From assembly GCA_963719945.1 (NCBI GenBank), contig CAVRDX010000001.1, positions 448,001 through 512,000 on the forward strand: a stretch of 64,000 nt of DNA, written 5' to 3'. Below, in pieces: positions 9,833-19,793 of this stretch (position 1 is its first letter; every line of letters begins with the position of its first letter). Below the pieces are notes generated by a model. That model was not told the origin of the DNA. It did not search any database and was given only the letters and a program-made list of their open reading frames with translations. Source of the DNA: an uncultured Thermoplasmata archaeon (GTDB lineage: Archaea > Thermoplasmatota > Thermoplasmata > UBA10834). A program made the position numbers and the translations under genes.

Positions 9833-10381
9833 CTACTCTCCCTCCCAGCGCTTGTATAATGAGTTCTCTATATCCAGTATGTCTAGGATCCTCCCGACGA
9901 GGAAGTCGACCATGTCATCGACGGTGTCCGGATTCGGGTAGAACGCCGGGCTTGCTGGCATGATGACGGCACCTGCTGCTGAGAGCCTATGCATGTTTTC
10001 AAGATGTATTGTCGAAAGCGGGGTTTCGCGCACGAGCAGTACGAGCTTCCGCCTCTCCTTCAATGCGATCGATGCTACCCTCGTGATGAGCGTGTCGGAT
10101 ATTCCGCAAGCAATCTTCGACATAGTCGATACGCTACAAGGAGCGATTATGACATTGTCGAATCTGCTGGAACCTGATGCAACAGGGGCTGCCAGGTCAG
10201 CGTTGTCATAATGTTCATCTGCCAGGGATTCTATCTCCTTCCTCTCTAGGTTCATCTCGATCCGGGCGACGTGCATCCCATCCTCTGACAAGATGACCGT
10301 CTTATCGCTCGGGAGCGCTTTCAGAAGCCGTATGCCGTATGCTGTTCCTGATGCTCCAGTGATGCCGACTACAGTTCTCAC
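9833..10381 (-). CDS. ubiX: flavin prenyltransferase UbiX
   Basis: GITGASG, ASGS, APCS, LKERRKLVLLVRETP, PASPAFY. Confidence 0.95.
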   Translation of the reverse strand: MRTVVGITGASGTAYGIRLLKALPSDKTVILSEDGMHVARIEMNLERKEIESLADEHYDNADLAAPVASGSSRFDNVIIAPCSVSTMSKIACGISDTLITRVASIALKERRKLVLLVRETPLSTIHLENMHRLSAAGAVIMPASPAFYPNPDTVDDMVDFLVGRILDILDIENSLYKRWEGE

Positions 10382-10576
10382 GGTTGCCGCAAGTACCGAC
10401 TACTCTCAAAAGCCTTTTCCCCTGGTCGGGCATACGCTATCAAATTGATGTGGTCCACATGCTGGCGATGTCGATAGGCAGCAAGCATTTAAATATGAGC
10501 ACCAACTTATCCGCGTTTTGCCACCCATGTGGCACATGCTTTCAGTATGTAAGTCACACTCGTTTGAGGTAATCCA

Positions 10577-11032
10577 ATGGCTACGGCGTTTGATGTGCCC
10601 GCAGATAAGCTCATTCCAAGGCTTGCGGAAGAGCTGAAGAAGATCGAGACGATTAAACCCCCAGAATGGGCTGCATATGTCAAGACCGGACGACACAAAG
10701 AGAAGAGTCCCATTCAGGAGGACTGGTGGTATGTCAGGTCCGCTGCCGTCCTCAGAAAGATTTACATCGACGGTCCGATGGGTTCCACTAGGCTCGCCGC
10801 CTGCTATGGCGGTTACGCCGACCGTGGCGCCAAACCTGACAAGGCGGTCAGGGGCTCGCGCTCGATATCACGATCGACTATTCAATTGCTGGAGAAAAGC
10901 CAGCTGATACAGAAAGAACGGGACGGAGGCAGGAAGATATCCCCGAAGGGTCAGAAACTCGTGGACAACGTGTCCACGGTGATCCTGAAGGAACTTGCAG
11001 CCAAGAACCCAGAACTGACAAAATATCTTTAA
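10577..11032 (+). CDS. rps19e: 30S ribosomal protein S19e
   Basis: PEWAAYVKTG...DWWYVRSAAVLRKIY. Confidence 0.97.
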   Translation: MATAFDVPADKLIPRLAEELKKIETIKPPEWAAYVKTGRHKEKSPIQEDWWYVRSAAVLRKIYIDGPMGSTRLAACYGGYADRGAKPDKAVRGSRSISRSTIQLLEKSQLIQKERDGGRKISPKGQKLVDNVSTVILKELAAKNPELTKYL

Positions 11033-11374
11033 GTGAGCGATATGCCAGAAGAAGATGAGCTAGCGGCTCTGAGGCAACGCAAGATACAGGAACTCCAGCT
11101 GAGAGCACAGCAGGAGGTCATGGCGCAGGAGCAGAACAAGCAGATAGATGCCCAGAAGGCCATGGTCATGCGGCAGATACTGACTCCTGAGGCGAGAGAA
11201 AGGCTCGCCAACTTGCGCATGACCCGACCCGATCTGGTCGAGTCTGTCGAGAACCAGCTGATAACGCTCGTCCAATCCGGAAGGGTGAACCAGAAGATAG
11301 ACGACTACACCCTGAGGCAATTGCTGCGGAAGATCATGCCGACGAAAAGAGAAATCAAGATCGAGAGGAGATGA
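11033..11374 (+). CDS. PDCD5-family DNA-binding protein
   Basis: [13 protein letters not shown]...VENQLI; conserved position after rps19e. Confidence 0.9.
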   Translation: MSDMPEEDELAALRQRKIQELQLRAQQEVMAQEQNKQIDAQKAMVMRQILTPEARERLANLRMTRPDLVESVENQLITLVQSGRVNQKIDDYTLRQLLRKIMPTKREIKIERR

Positions 11375-11378
11375 CCCG

Positions 11379-11534
11379 ATGTCCAAGCACAAACCGACTG
11401 CTAGAAAACTCAGGCTTATGAAGGCCATCAAGAGTAACAGGAGGGTCCCCGCCTGGGTTATGATGAGGACTAACAGAACCTTCCTCAGGCATCCGAAGCG
11501 ACGCCACTGGAGAAGGACTAAGTTGAAGGTGTGA
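11379..11534 (+). CDS. rpl39e: 50S ribosomal protein L39e (absent from the ORF track)
   Basis: Hand translation [51 protein letters not shown], 51 aa. Confidence 0.96.
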   Translation: MSKHKPTARKLRLMKAIKSNRRVPAWVMMRTNRTFLRHPKRRHWRRTKLKV

Positions 11535-11543
11535 GGGCTTACC

Positions 11544-11837
11544 ATGGTCGAAGAAGTAGAGAGAGTTTTCACCATTCCATTGTCCATGACGAGGAATGTG
11601 CCAAAGACGAAGCGTGCGCCTAGAGCTATCAAGGAGATCAAGGAATATGTCCGCAGACACCTCGCCGACAGGACCCCTTCGGAAGAGGAGGGTGCCGAGA
11701 AGAAGGATGTCTGGATCGATTACCGTCTCAATGAGTTTCTGTGGTCGAAGGGTATCGAGAATCCTCCCAGCAAGGTGCGCGTAAAGGCTATCCGGTTCGA
11801 GGATGGCCTGATTGAAGTGTCCCTTCCTGAAGAGTGA
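11544..11837 (+). CDS. rpl31e: 50S ribosomal protein L31e
   Basis: TIPL...KRAPRAIKEIKEYVRRH...LNEFLWSKGIENPPSKVRV. Confidence 0.96.
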   Translation: MVEEVERVFTIPLSMTRNVPKTKRAPRAIKEIKEYVRRHLADRTPSEEEGAEKKDVWIDYRLNEFLWSKGIENPPSKVRVKAIRFEDGLIEVSLPEE

Positions 11838-11857
11838 GGATTTTCGGAGTAGAATCG

Positions 11858-12517
11858 ATGCTTAAACTCGGCATGATGATGGGTAGTCCCTATGTGGGTG
11901 TCTTTTGCGCCGCTAGTGAGAGACTGGCCATATTGCCCGACGCAGCAGATTCCTGGGTCAAGAAAGATCTGCAGGAGGCGCTGGGCGTCGATATACTGTG
12001 CACGTATCTCGCAGGTTCCGTTTTGATCGGTTCGCTCGCTTCGATGAATTCCAACGGCATAGTAGTTACGAACTTCGCTGATAAATCCGAGCTGAAGCGA
12101 TTGCCGAATGACCTCAGGGTCGGTATGATGGAGGAGAAGTTGAACGCTGCCGGGAACAACATATTGTCCAACGATCATGGGGCCTACGTGAACCTCAATG
12201 CGTCCAGATCATCCGTCAAGATGATCGAGGATACCCTTGGAGTGGAGGTTCTGCGGAGGACCATCGCTGGCATAGATACTGTTGGCTCAGTGGCGATTGC
12301 GACATCCAAGGGCATCGTATGTCACCCGCGTACATCGCAAGACGAACTGAAGGAGATATCTGCGTTCTTCAAGGTGCCTGCCGCGCTCGCAACGTTGAAC
12401 TATGGGACGCCATACATCGGTGCATGCGCTGTTGCCAACGGCAAGGGTGCATATATCGGCGGAAAGAGCACCCCCATCGAGCTTGGAAAAATAGAGGATG
12501 GCCTAGGATTATACTGA
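11858..12517 (+). CDS. eif6: translation initiation factor 6 (aIF6)
   Basis: YVGVF, AGNNILSND, VGS...HP, TLNYG..YIGACAVAN, STPIEL; operon context. Confidence 0.94.
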   Translation: MLKLGMMMGSPYVGVFCAASERLAILPDAADSWVKKDLQEALGVDILCTYLAGSVLIGSLASMNSNGIVVTNFADKSELKRLPNDLRVGMMEEKLNAAGNNILSNDHGAYVNLNASRSSVKMIEDTLGVEVLRRTIAGIDTVGSVAIATSKGIVCHPRTSQDELKEISAFFKVPAALATLNYGTPYIGACAVANGKGAYIGGKSTPIELGKIEDGLGLY

Positions 12518-12526
12518 TGTGGACGG

Positions 12527-13168
12527 CTATAGCGAGAACAGCCAGATCTCCGTGCCTTCTTCGGGCAGGTCTTCCGGCGAGAAGTCGACTTCATTGCCTA
12601 CTCTGACTATCTGGTTCTTGTCGCAGATGTCCAGGAAATTCTGAACAGGCTTTATCGACAATGAAAGGCCCGATGTTCGGTAGTGCATGGGCACAGCAAC
12701 TTTCGGTGCGAGCTTCTGTATCGTCCTCGCAGCACCTTCAGGGCCTATCGTGAACACATCTCCCACAGGGACGAATAGGAAATCAACTGGTGCAAGTTGC
12801 TCTACCATCGAATCATCGAGCTCGTGGCCAAGGTCACCCAAATGGCAGAATGACATGCCGTCGATCTCGAACTTGAAGATGGTGACCTTGCCTCTCTTCT
12901 TCCCTCCAGCATCGTCATGGGCAGCTTCTATTCCTTCTACCCTGACCCCTTGCTCAACGGTCATTATTGGGTCTGATATGACCTTTGTATCTTCTTTCTC
13001 AACGACTTTGGGGCAGTTGTGGTCGAAATGACCGTGTGAAATCAGAACAAGATCGGCCTTTACGTCTGGTGCGGGTATGCCGATCGATTTCCCATCGTGA
13101 GGGTCCGTGACCACATCGATGCTTCCTCCGACTTCAAAACACGCATGGCCATGCCAACGAATGCGCAA
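12527..13168 (-). CDS. MBL-fold metallo-hydrolase
   Basis: WHGHACF, SHGHFDH, HLGDLG, VPMHY. Confidence 0.9.
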   Translation of the reverse strand: MRIRWHGHACFEVGGSIDVVTDPHDGKSIGIPAPDVKADLVLISHGHFDHNCPKVVEKEDTKVISDPIMTVEQGVRVEGIEAAHDDAGGKKRGKVTIFKFEIDGMSFCHLGDLGHELDDSMVEQLAPVDFLFVPVGDVFTIGPEGAARTIQKLAPKVAVPMHYRTSGLSLSIKPVQNFLDICDKNQIVRVGNEVDFSPEDLPEEGTEIWLFSL

Positions 13169-13251
13169 TTATCTACTCTCCCCGGGAATTGAAGTAATCA
13201 TCCAATTCGTACTTAACAAGCGCGGTGGCGGCGATGCAGGATTTCGCCATC

Positions 13252-13902
13252 TCATCCCTTGACACGCCTTATCGCACGCGTCTTCTTCGGAGGTTCCTCA
13301 GGCGCGGGTTTCGGTTCAGCCACTTGCCTCACTGTTCTGACGGTCCTCTGAGCAGGTGCGGGGGTCTCAGGCACGAATACGGGGATCGACTCCTCATCCT
13401 CGATCATGGGTTCGGTCTCGATGACAGGTGCTGGTAATCGAGTCTTGACGTTCCTGACCTTCCTTGTCTTTGGAGGTGGTTCAGCGACAAACTCGGGTTC
13501 ATTCGTCGGCATGTCTGCCTCAGGAGGTGCCCTATGTCTGGGTGCTGGTTCTGGTGCATGTTTCACAGGCTGGTTGCTTGCAGCCCTGCCACCTGCAAGG
13601 AGGTCTCCAGCAGTCGCTGGCGGCTCATCATCGCAATGTGCTCTGGACTGCGGATTCTCGGTTCTATCAAGAACAGGATTGCTGAGCGTCGATTCTATCA
13701 TGTGATTGACTGTTCCGGGCTCGAACTTCTGTTTCTCCAGCATGAGCTCCCTCTCGAGCTTCTCGATCTGGAGTATCCACTCATCCTCCTCTTCGAAGTC
13801 CCAGCCACAGAATTCACATATGTTGGCCTCGAGTGTAACGCCGAGACCACAACTAGGGCATTCTTTCTTGGGTTCGGCGCGGTCTAATTTTTTGGCCATC
13901 AC
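13252..13902 (-). CDS. zinc-ribbon protein with coiled coil and Pro-rich disordered tail
   Basis: CPSC..CEFC followed by Pro/Glu-rich low-complexity sequence. Confidence 0.65.
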   Translation of the reverse strand: MMAKKLDRAEPKKECPSCGLGVTLEANICEFCGWDFEEEDEWILQIEKLERELMLEKQKFEPGTVNHMIESTLSNPVLDRTENPQSRAHCDDEPPATAGDLLAGGRAASNQPVKHAPEPAPRHRAPPEADMPTNEPEFVAEPPPKTRKVRNVKTRLPAPVIETEPMIEDEESIPVFVPETPAPAQRTVRTVRQVAEPKPAPEEPPKKTRAIRRVKG

Positions 13903-14015
13903 ATAGATAATTCTGTGGTTATTATATAAGCATTTTTAACCGAACCGATGATTGTTCGAGCCAGTATCTCCGAAGCGCAGAGTAAAATAACCCTGCGGGC
14001 CATTAGGTGGGTCTG

Positions 14016-15164
14016 ATGAGGATCCTCGTTCTGTGTGTCGACAGGGATGACGACCTAGGCTCAAAGGCAGGTGTGAACGGGCCTGTCATCGGTAGAGAGG
14101 AGAACCTCGAAGCTGCACTGGCGCTTGGACTTGCGGACCCTGAAGAGGTCGACACGAACACCATCCTGTCAGGCTTGCAGCTCTACGACGACCTAGTGAA
14201 AAGAGGGATGGATGCGGAGATAGCCACCATCTCCGGTGATTCTCATGTGGGCTTCCAATCCGATCTCATACTCGCGACTCAGCTGGAGAATGTATTAGAG
14301 GTCGTGAAACCCGACCGCGCCATCCTCGTCAGCGACGGGGTCGAGGACGAGGCGATATACCCCGTGATCTCCTCAAGGATTAAGATCGATTCTGTAAGGC
14401 GCGTCTATGTGAAGCAGAGCAAGAGCATAGAAGGCACATACTACCTGATAGTCAAGACTCTTCAGGACGAGAAGATGAGACGGAAATGGGTAGTTCCCCT
14501 GTCTCTCGTGCTCATCATCTGGGGCATGCTATCGCTGATAGTCAAGATCGTGGAATTCATGGAGCAAGATTACGAGGATATAGGACTGCTTTCTCAGATG
14601 GCTTTTGGGGTCATAGGCATAGTCCTCGGACTGTACCTCCTAGGGTGGTCCTACAGATGGGCGGATGCACTACGTGAGCGCGTAATCCGGACGAAGAGGT
14701 CCATACGACAGGGAAGCCTTGCTATTCCGTTCGCAATAATCGGACTCGTACTCGGCGTAGTGGGTCTTCTGATAGGCTACGATATGGCACTGGTATATCG
14801 AGAATCCCTCCTGGTCCATGAGCGTAGCCTGGCCATCTCCATACTGGTATTCGTGTCGGGTGCTGTATGGTTCATCGTATTCGGCGTGTTCGCCTTCGAA
14901 TCCGGCAAGTCTGTCACGACATTCATGCAGACGGGAAAGATACGCTGGTCGTTCATCGTTATGATGGTCTCGGTTCTCGCCACCGGTTTTATCGTCCAGG
15001 GCTCGGCAGACGCCCTTTCCTATTTCATCGGATATGGGGACTACGACCTGACGGTGATAATCGCTGAGATGATAACCGGTATTCTGATAGCCATCTTCAG
15101 CTCAGTATTGAACGCATCTCTGAGAAGTGAGGCGGTCAAGGTGCGTCAGGCGTCCGGAGCGTGA
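14016..15164 (+). CDS. DUF373 family membrane protein
   Basis: LVLCVDRDDDLG.K.G...P..G; VSDG.EDE; multiple TM segments. Confidence 0.88.
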   Translation: MRILVLCVDRDDDLGSKAGVNGPVIGREENLEAALALGLADPEEVDTNTILSGLQLYDDLVKRGMDAEIATISGDSHVGFQSDLILATQLENVLEVVKPDRAILVSDGVEDEAIYPVISSRIKIDSVRRVYVKQSKSIEGTYYLIVKTLQDEKMRRKWVVPLSLVLIIWGMLSLIVKIVEFMEQDYEDIGLLSQMAFGVIGIVLGLYLLGWSYRWADALRERVIRTKRSIRQGSLAIPFAIIGLVLGVVGLLIGYDMALVYRESLLVHERSLAISILVFVSGAVWFIVFGVFAFESGKSVTTFMQTGKIRWSFIVMMVSVLATGFIVQGSADALSYFIGYGDYDLTVIIAEMITGILIAIFSSVLNASLRSEAVKVRQASGA

Positions 15165-15855
15165 CTTCTTGAGACTCACGGACTGGATGCCGATCTACCG
15201 GCAGATCTGCTCCGAGTTCGGATTCTCCGAAGAGGAGGATGTCGTATCGGCACATATACTGGCTGAACTACTGATGCCCAGGTCGATGGATTGCGTCAGG
15301 GTCATGAGCCGTCTCATGAGAGATTCTCAGGAGGAGGTATATGTCTGCGGTTGTGGGGGAAGTCTCTCGGATGAATTGTCCTCCATACCTTCGCGGGCTT
15401 TCGTGATCGCAGCCGATGGAGCGACCACTAACCTGTTGGATTCTGGGATCAAGCCGAAGCTGATAGTCACGGACCTGGATGGTGAGATATGCGACCAGGT
15501 GGACGCGAATGCAGATGGGGCCATAGTGTTCGTGCATGCCCATGGTGATAATATCCCGTCGCTCAAGGAACAAGTGCCCTTGTTCACAGGTCCGATCATA
15601 GGGACCTGTCAGTGCGAGCCCGTCACCGGCATCTTCAATTTCGGCGGCTTCACTGACGGAGACCGGGCCGTGTGTATATCTGCAGAACTCGGGGCAAAGA
15701 AGGCGCATCTCATCGGATTCGACTTCGACAACCCCTCGTCCAAGTCCGGGAAGGTGCTGGAAGTAAAACGAAGGAAGTTGCACTGGGCTGAACGGATCAT
15801 AACTGATACTTCTGGTCCTGATTTCACAGTCATTGGCCTTGGATCTCGAACATAG
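15127..15855 (+). CDS. mptE: 6-hydroxymethyl-7,8-dihydropterin pyrophosphokinase MptE (DUF115); start uncertain
   Basis: IAADGA, VTDLDG, HAHGDN, NFGGFTDGDRA. Confidence 0.88.
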   Translation: MRRSRCVRRPERDFLRLTDWMPIYRQICSEFGFSEEEDVVSAHILAELLMPRSMDCVRVMSRLMRDSQEEVYVCGCGGSLSDELSSIPSRAFVIAADGATTNLLDSGIKPKLIVTDLDGEICDQVDANADGAIVFVHAHGDNIPSLKEQVPLFTGPIIGTCQCEPVTGIFNFGGFTDGDRAVCISAELGAKKAHLIGFDFDNPSSKSGKVLEVKRRKLHWAERIITDTSGPDFTVIGLGSRT

Positions 15856-15920
15856 GGCTCGCTGCCAACATTATTCGACAGTCTTATAGCAGTGTACTGA
15901 GTTTCATCTTCGGGATTGGG

Positions 15921-16343
15921 ATGACTGTTGTCACCATGCAACAGGTCGAACTAGCACTCAAGAGAACCATCGGAAAGAAAGGGATGTCCGATGAGGAGAT
16001 TGAGAAGCTAGCGGAGTACCTGATGAGTTTCTTTGGATATACAGACGAAGTCATCGATAATAGACTGACTCCTGAGGACAGGGATGTCTTCTACATGCTT
16101 GAGGAGGCGGGCCTGCTCACGACGACCCAGGAAGAGGTCCTGCTCAAGAAGGGCAAACTCTGGAGGATACATTACTGGATTCTGAAGAAGGATCAGATCA
16201 TCCGGCTGGCCCTAACGGCCGAGGCCGGCAAGGTAGATGTGGATCATTCGACGGATGTATATGATGAGCTGTCCGATGAGGAATGGGCAAGGCACCGCCC
16301 TTCAGTGCCCGATCCCCCTGATGGCCATGGCGAAAAAGAATGA
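15921..16343 (+). CDS. DUF6015-like small winged-helix protein
   Basis: FFGY...IDNRL...DRDVFYMLEE.GLL...EE..L..GK.WRIHYW pattern. Confidence 0.7.
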   Translation: MTVVTMQQVELALKRTIGKKGMSDEEIEKLAEYLMSFFGYTDEVIDNRLTPEDRDVFYMLEEAGLLTTTQEEVLLKKGKLWRIHYWILKKDQIIRLALTAEAGKVDVDHSTDVYDELSDEEWARHRPSVPDPPDGHGEKE

Positions 16344-16391
16344 AACCAATTAATATCTGTATCCTGATGCGCTGACAGTTGGTTTCCTGAA

Positions 16392-17999
16392 ATGAATGGA
16401 TACTTGATAGCGCTCATTGTCTTCATCGCATGGATCATTCTGATATACATACTCAACAAGTCCAAATGGCTCGAGCGTCACCACATGAGCCTCATGGGTC
16501 CCATGATAATGATGAAGACCCAGAAAGGCAGGGATTTCATCGACCGGGTATCCAAGCGAAAGAGGCTCTGGACCATCTATGGTAAACTGTCCCTGTGGAT
16601 ATGCGCGGGGTCTATGGTGACAATCATGGTGCTCCTCCTTTGGGAGGCGACCATAGTCGACCAGGTCGAACAGGCACCTTCACCAGAGTTGATACTCGGG
16701 ATACCGGGTATAAACCCGGTGATACCTTTGGGATATGGGATACTGGGACTCGTTGTCGCCATCGTCGTGCACGAATTGGCACATGGAATAATGACTCGTC
16801 TGGGCAACATGAAGCTCGTGTCTCTCGGCGTGCTCTTCTTCGTGTTCCCTGTTGGCGCATTCGTGGAACCCGATGAGACGGAGCTGCAGTCGACCACACG
16901 GAAGAACAGGTCGAGGGTCTTCGCTGCAGGTCCTGCGACTAACATGATAGTCGCCATCATCGTATTATCTCTGTTCTCCGGTGTCATGATGGCCTCCGTG
17001 GAGCCTGCCGAGGACGGCGCTCTGGCCATGGGTGTGGTGGAGGGTTCGCCCGTCAATTTCGCAGGCGTCATAACATCGAGCCTTGTGACATCCATCGGCG
17101 ATGTGGAGTTGACTTCAGCCGAAGACCTCGACGAGATATCTTCCATTGATCCTGGATCGCTAGTAGATGTCGAATACTCGTTCTCGGGAGAACACCTTAC
17201 TGCTTCAGACGTCGTGTATGGATTAGTCGTTTCATACACCGTGAATGATTATGCTGCCAACATCGGTGGTCTGCATACAGGGATGGTAATCCTCTCGTTG
17301 AACGATACAGAGCTCAGGAATATGGATGACCTGAGACAGGCGATGTTGTTGACTCGCGCGGGTCAGTCCGTCAATGTCTCCATCATGAGCTATGAGGATG
17401 CCAACGAATCATTCGGGATCGATCCGACGATAACATCGCTCACGCTTTCCGATAAATACGATTTCTACGAGGAGTTCTATCCTTCGGACAATGAGGATTC
17501 CTTCATTGGTCAGGGATATCTCGGAGCGGGCTTCTTGAACATGGGACTCGATGTCGAGGATGCGGACTACTACGCAGCTATTCTTGCCGACCCGTTCGAT
17601 GGTGACAGGAATCTGGATGATTTCTCCAGGTCGTGGCTCAGGCTGATAGCATTGCCATTCCTCGACCTGGCCCCGTTGCGGTCTCCGGTCACTGACCTTT
17701 ACGAACCAAGCGGGGCGTTCGCATGGATGCCTGCGGGGGCCTTCTGGATCCTTACAAATTCATTGTATTGGATATTCTGGCTGAACCTGATGCTCGGCCT
17801 GACAAATGTGCTTCCTGCAGTGCCGCTGGATGGAGGATATCTGTTCCGTGACTCGGCGGATTATCTGCTCAGCAAGATCCGGAAAGGTCTTTCGACCGAG
17901 CAGAGGGAGAAAGCTGTTGGCACTCTGACGCTGATGTTCGCGCTGTCGGTGTTGTTCCTCATACTCTGGCAATTGATAGGTCCTGCCCTGCTTAATTGA
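16392..17999 (+). CDS. site-2 protease (M50 family) with PDZ-like domains
   Basis: HELAH, GAFVEPDE, AAGP, NVLPAVPLDGG. Confidence 0.92.
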   Translation: MNGYLIALIVFIAWIILIYILNKSKWLERHHMSLMGPMIMMKTQKGRDFIDRVSKRKRLWTIYGKLSLWICAGSMVTIMVLLLWEATIVDQVEQAPSPELILGIPGINPVIPLGYGILGLVVAIVVHELAHGIMTRLGNMKLVSLGVLFFVFPVGAFVEPDETELQSTTRKNRSRVFAAGPATNMIVAIIVLSLFSGVMMASVEPAEDGALAMGVVEGSPVNFAGVITSSLVTSIGDVELTSAEDLDEISSIDPGSLVDVEYSFSGEHLTASDVVYGLVVSYTVNDYAANIGGLHTGMVILSLNDTELRNMDDLRQAMLLTRAGQSVNVSIMSYEDANESFGIDPTITSLTLSDKYDFYEEFYPSDNEDSFIGQGYLGAGFLNMGLDVEDADYYAAILADPFDGDRNLDDFSRSWLRLIALPFLDLAPLRSPVTDLYEPSGAFAWMPAGAFWILTNSLYWIFWLNLMLGLTNVLPAVPLDGGYLFRDSADYLLSKIRKGLSTEQREKAVGTLTLMFALSVLFLILWQLIGPALLN

Positions 18000-18616
18000 G
18001 AAAGGGTTTTATTACCGAATCTGTTACCAAGTTCGGTACTATGTTCTCGCCAGAGAAGGACATGAAGGAACTGGTCCTCGAGATACTGAAGAAGGACCCC
18101 GCATCGATAAGCGGCATATGTCGAGAGCTCGGCACCAGAGGCGTCAAGCTCCACCGGCTTGAGCTGACGGGGTATCTCAAGGCCCTCGCAGACCTGAACA
18201 TACTCAAGGCCAGGGATATCAAGCCAGCGAAAGTATTCTCAATATCCTCTTCCAGGGAGAAGAACATATACGAACTCATAGGCGAAGCTGCCTCCATGAA
18301 CGCCGGAACATCCACTGAGCGAGCCACATTGGCCGCCTACTGCCTCCAGCGGCTCTTCAAACGGGCTGTGTTCGATATGGAGGTGCGTAGATGCAACCTG
18401 GATGGCGTGGTCGTGGGGCGGAAGGCGACTCAAGAGGAACGGACCGATGCGAAGGTTGTATTGACTCGCATGGGATACAAGGTCCCGAACAGCGACGTGC
18501 CGACGATAGTGGAAGCGGATCTCGACGAGGACTTCATGAAGGTTCTTGCGGAGATCGTGGCTGAGCGGTTCAATCTGCGCTCGCATATGAAGGAGACCGT
18601 CCAGACCAAACTCTGA
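17996..18616 (+). CDS. hypothetical HTH-type protein
   Basis: SISGICREL...HRLELTGYLKAL wHTH-like N-terminus; operon position. Confidence 0.6.
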   Translation: MRKGFITESVTKFGTMFSPEKDMKELVLEILKKDPASISGICRELGTRGVKLHRLELTGYLKALADLNILKARDIKPAKVFSISSSREKNIYELIGEAASMNAGTSTERATLAAYCLQRLFKRAVFDMEVRRCNLDGVVVGRKATQEERTDAKVVLTRMGYKVPNSDVPTIVEADLDEDFMKVLAEIVAERFNLRSHMKETVQTKL

Positions 18617-18621
18617 GATCG

Positions 18622-19626
18622 ATGTATCCCATAGATGGCGGTAATGTGGACATGATAGATGCTGACGGACTGGTCGAGGCGATCAGGGCGTATCGAGGGG
18701 TGGTGAGGAAATCTCCTATATCCTCTGTCGTCTCCAAACTGCTTCCCATGGATGCCAAGGGCATCATCGCGACCCACGGGGAGGATGCGGCTGCTATAGA
18801 GTCAGGGTCGGAAGTGCTTCTGCTGGCTGCTGATGGCATACGACCTGACCTTGTGCAGAAGAATCCGCGATGGGCGGGCTATTGCGCAGTACTCGTCAAC
18901 GTCAACGACATCGCTGCGATGGGTGGCTTGCCGATTGCGGCAGTCAATGTCCTGTCATGCTCTGATGCATCGAGACGCAGGAAGATCGTCGATGGAATGA
19001 GATTCGCATGTGACAAGTTCGGTGTGCCCATGGTGGGTGGGCACCTGCATCCTGACACTACGTATGATGCGATCGATGTGGCGATATTGGGAAAGACCGA
19101 CAAGGATCATCTCCTGCTCAGTTCAGGGGCAAGGAACGGCGATTCAATCGTATTCGCGATGGATTTGGCAGGGAGATTCACCCGTGGACTCAAATATTCC
19201 TGGGATACGACGAGCACGAAAACACCTGCTGAGGTCCAGAGACATTTGAGATTGATGCACAGGATGGCACCAATGCTGAGTTCTGGTAAGGATATCAGCA
19301 ATCCTGGATCGTTGGGGACGCTTGGCATGCTCTTGGAATCGAGTTCATGCGGGGCGGAGGTAGATGTATCATTGATACCTAGACCCGGGAATGTCGACCT
19401 CCTGCAATGGCTCCTCGCGTATCAGGGGTTCGGTTTCGTCGTGACATGCGAATCGAGCAAGGTGAGATCAGTCCTGAGCAGGTTCAGTCGTGCAGGCATA
19501 CAGGCCGCACGATGCGGAGAGGTCACAAGATCACATAGACTGGATTTGATTTTCCAAGGTGAAAGTCGCACGCTGTTCGATTTCGGGACCGACACCTTCG
19601 GATGCTCGACTCCGCAAAAGCTATGA
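18622..19626 (+). CDS. AIR-synthase-related (PurM/SelD/ThiL superfamily) protein, methanogenesis marker 2-like
   Basis: GEDAA, AGYCAVLVNVNDIAAMGG, VGGHLHPD, KDISNPG. Confidence 0.82.
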   Translation: MYPIDGGNVDMIDADGLVEAIRAYRGVVRKSPISSVVSKLLPMDAKGIIATHGEDAAAIESGSEVLLLAADGIRPDLVQKNPRWAGYCAVLVNVNDIAAMGGLPIAAVNVLSCSDASRRRKIVDGMRFACDKFGVPMVGGHLHPDTTYDAIDVAILGKTDKDHLLLSSGARNGDSIVFAMDLAGRFTRGLKYSWDTTSTKTPAEVQRHLRLMHRMAPMLSSGKDISNPGSLGTLGMLLESSSCGAEVDVSLIPRPGNVDLLQWLLAYQGFGFVVTCESSKVRSVLSRFSRAGIQAARCGEVTRSHRLDLIFQGESRTLFDFGTDTFGCSTPQKL

Positions 19627-19652
19627 GCACGCTGGCGCTTCATGTTGATAGG

Positions 19653-19777
19653 AAGAGCGAGAAACACGGTAACACAGCGGTTAGCAACCAATCCGAGAGG
19701 GCGCCTAAACGCTCGGGTAGGTTGAGCTAGTAAAAGGATGCTGTCACGCTGCGGCGTCCGCCGTGCTCGACTCTCTT
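19653..19777. ncRNA. unannotated structured RNA candidate (nested stems plus pseudoknot)
   Basis: Five nested complementary segments and a loop GGGCGCC / GGCGTCC pairing; intergenic. Confidence 0.5.
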
Positions 19778-19793
19778 GAGAAAAATAGAGGAG

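Noticed and set aside
10577-12517. rps19e operon ending at aIF6 without rpl18a/pfdA/ftsY
   Set aside because: Operon breakage at this point is ordinary and says nothing about gene loss.
19653-19777. Assignment as fluoride riboswitch, 5S rRNA, SECIS or twister ribozyme
   Set aside because: Only fragmentary resemblance (e.g. CGCCTAAACGCT). The diagnostic consensus blocks are absent and the upstream gene has no in-frame UGA.
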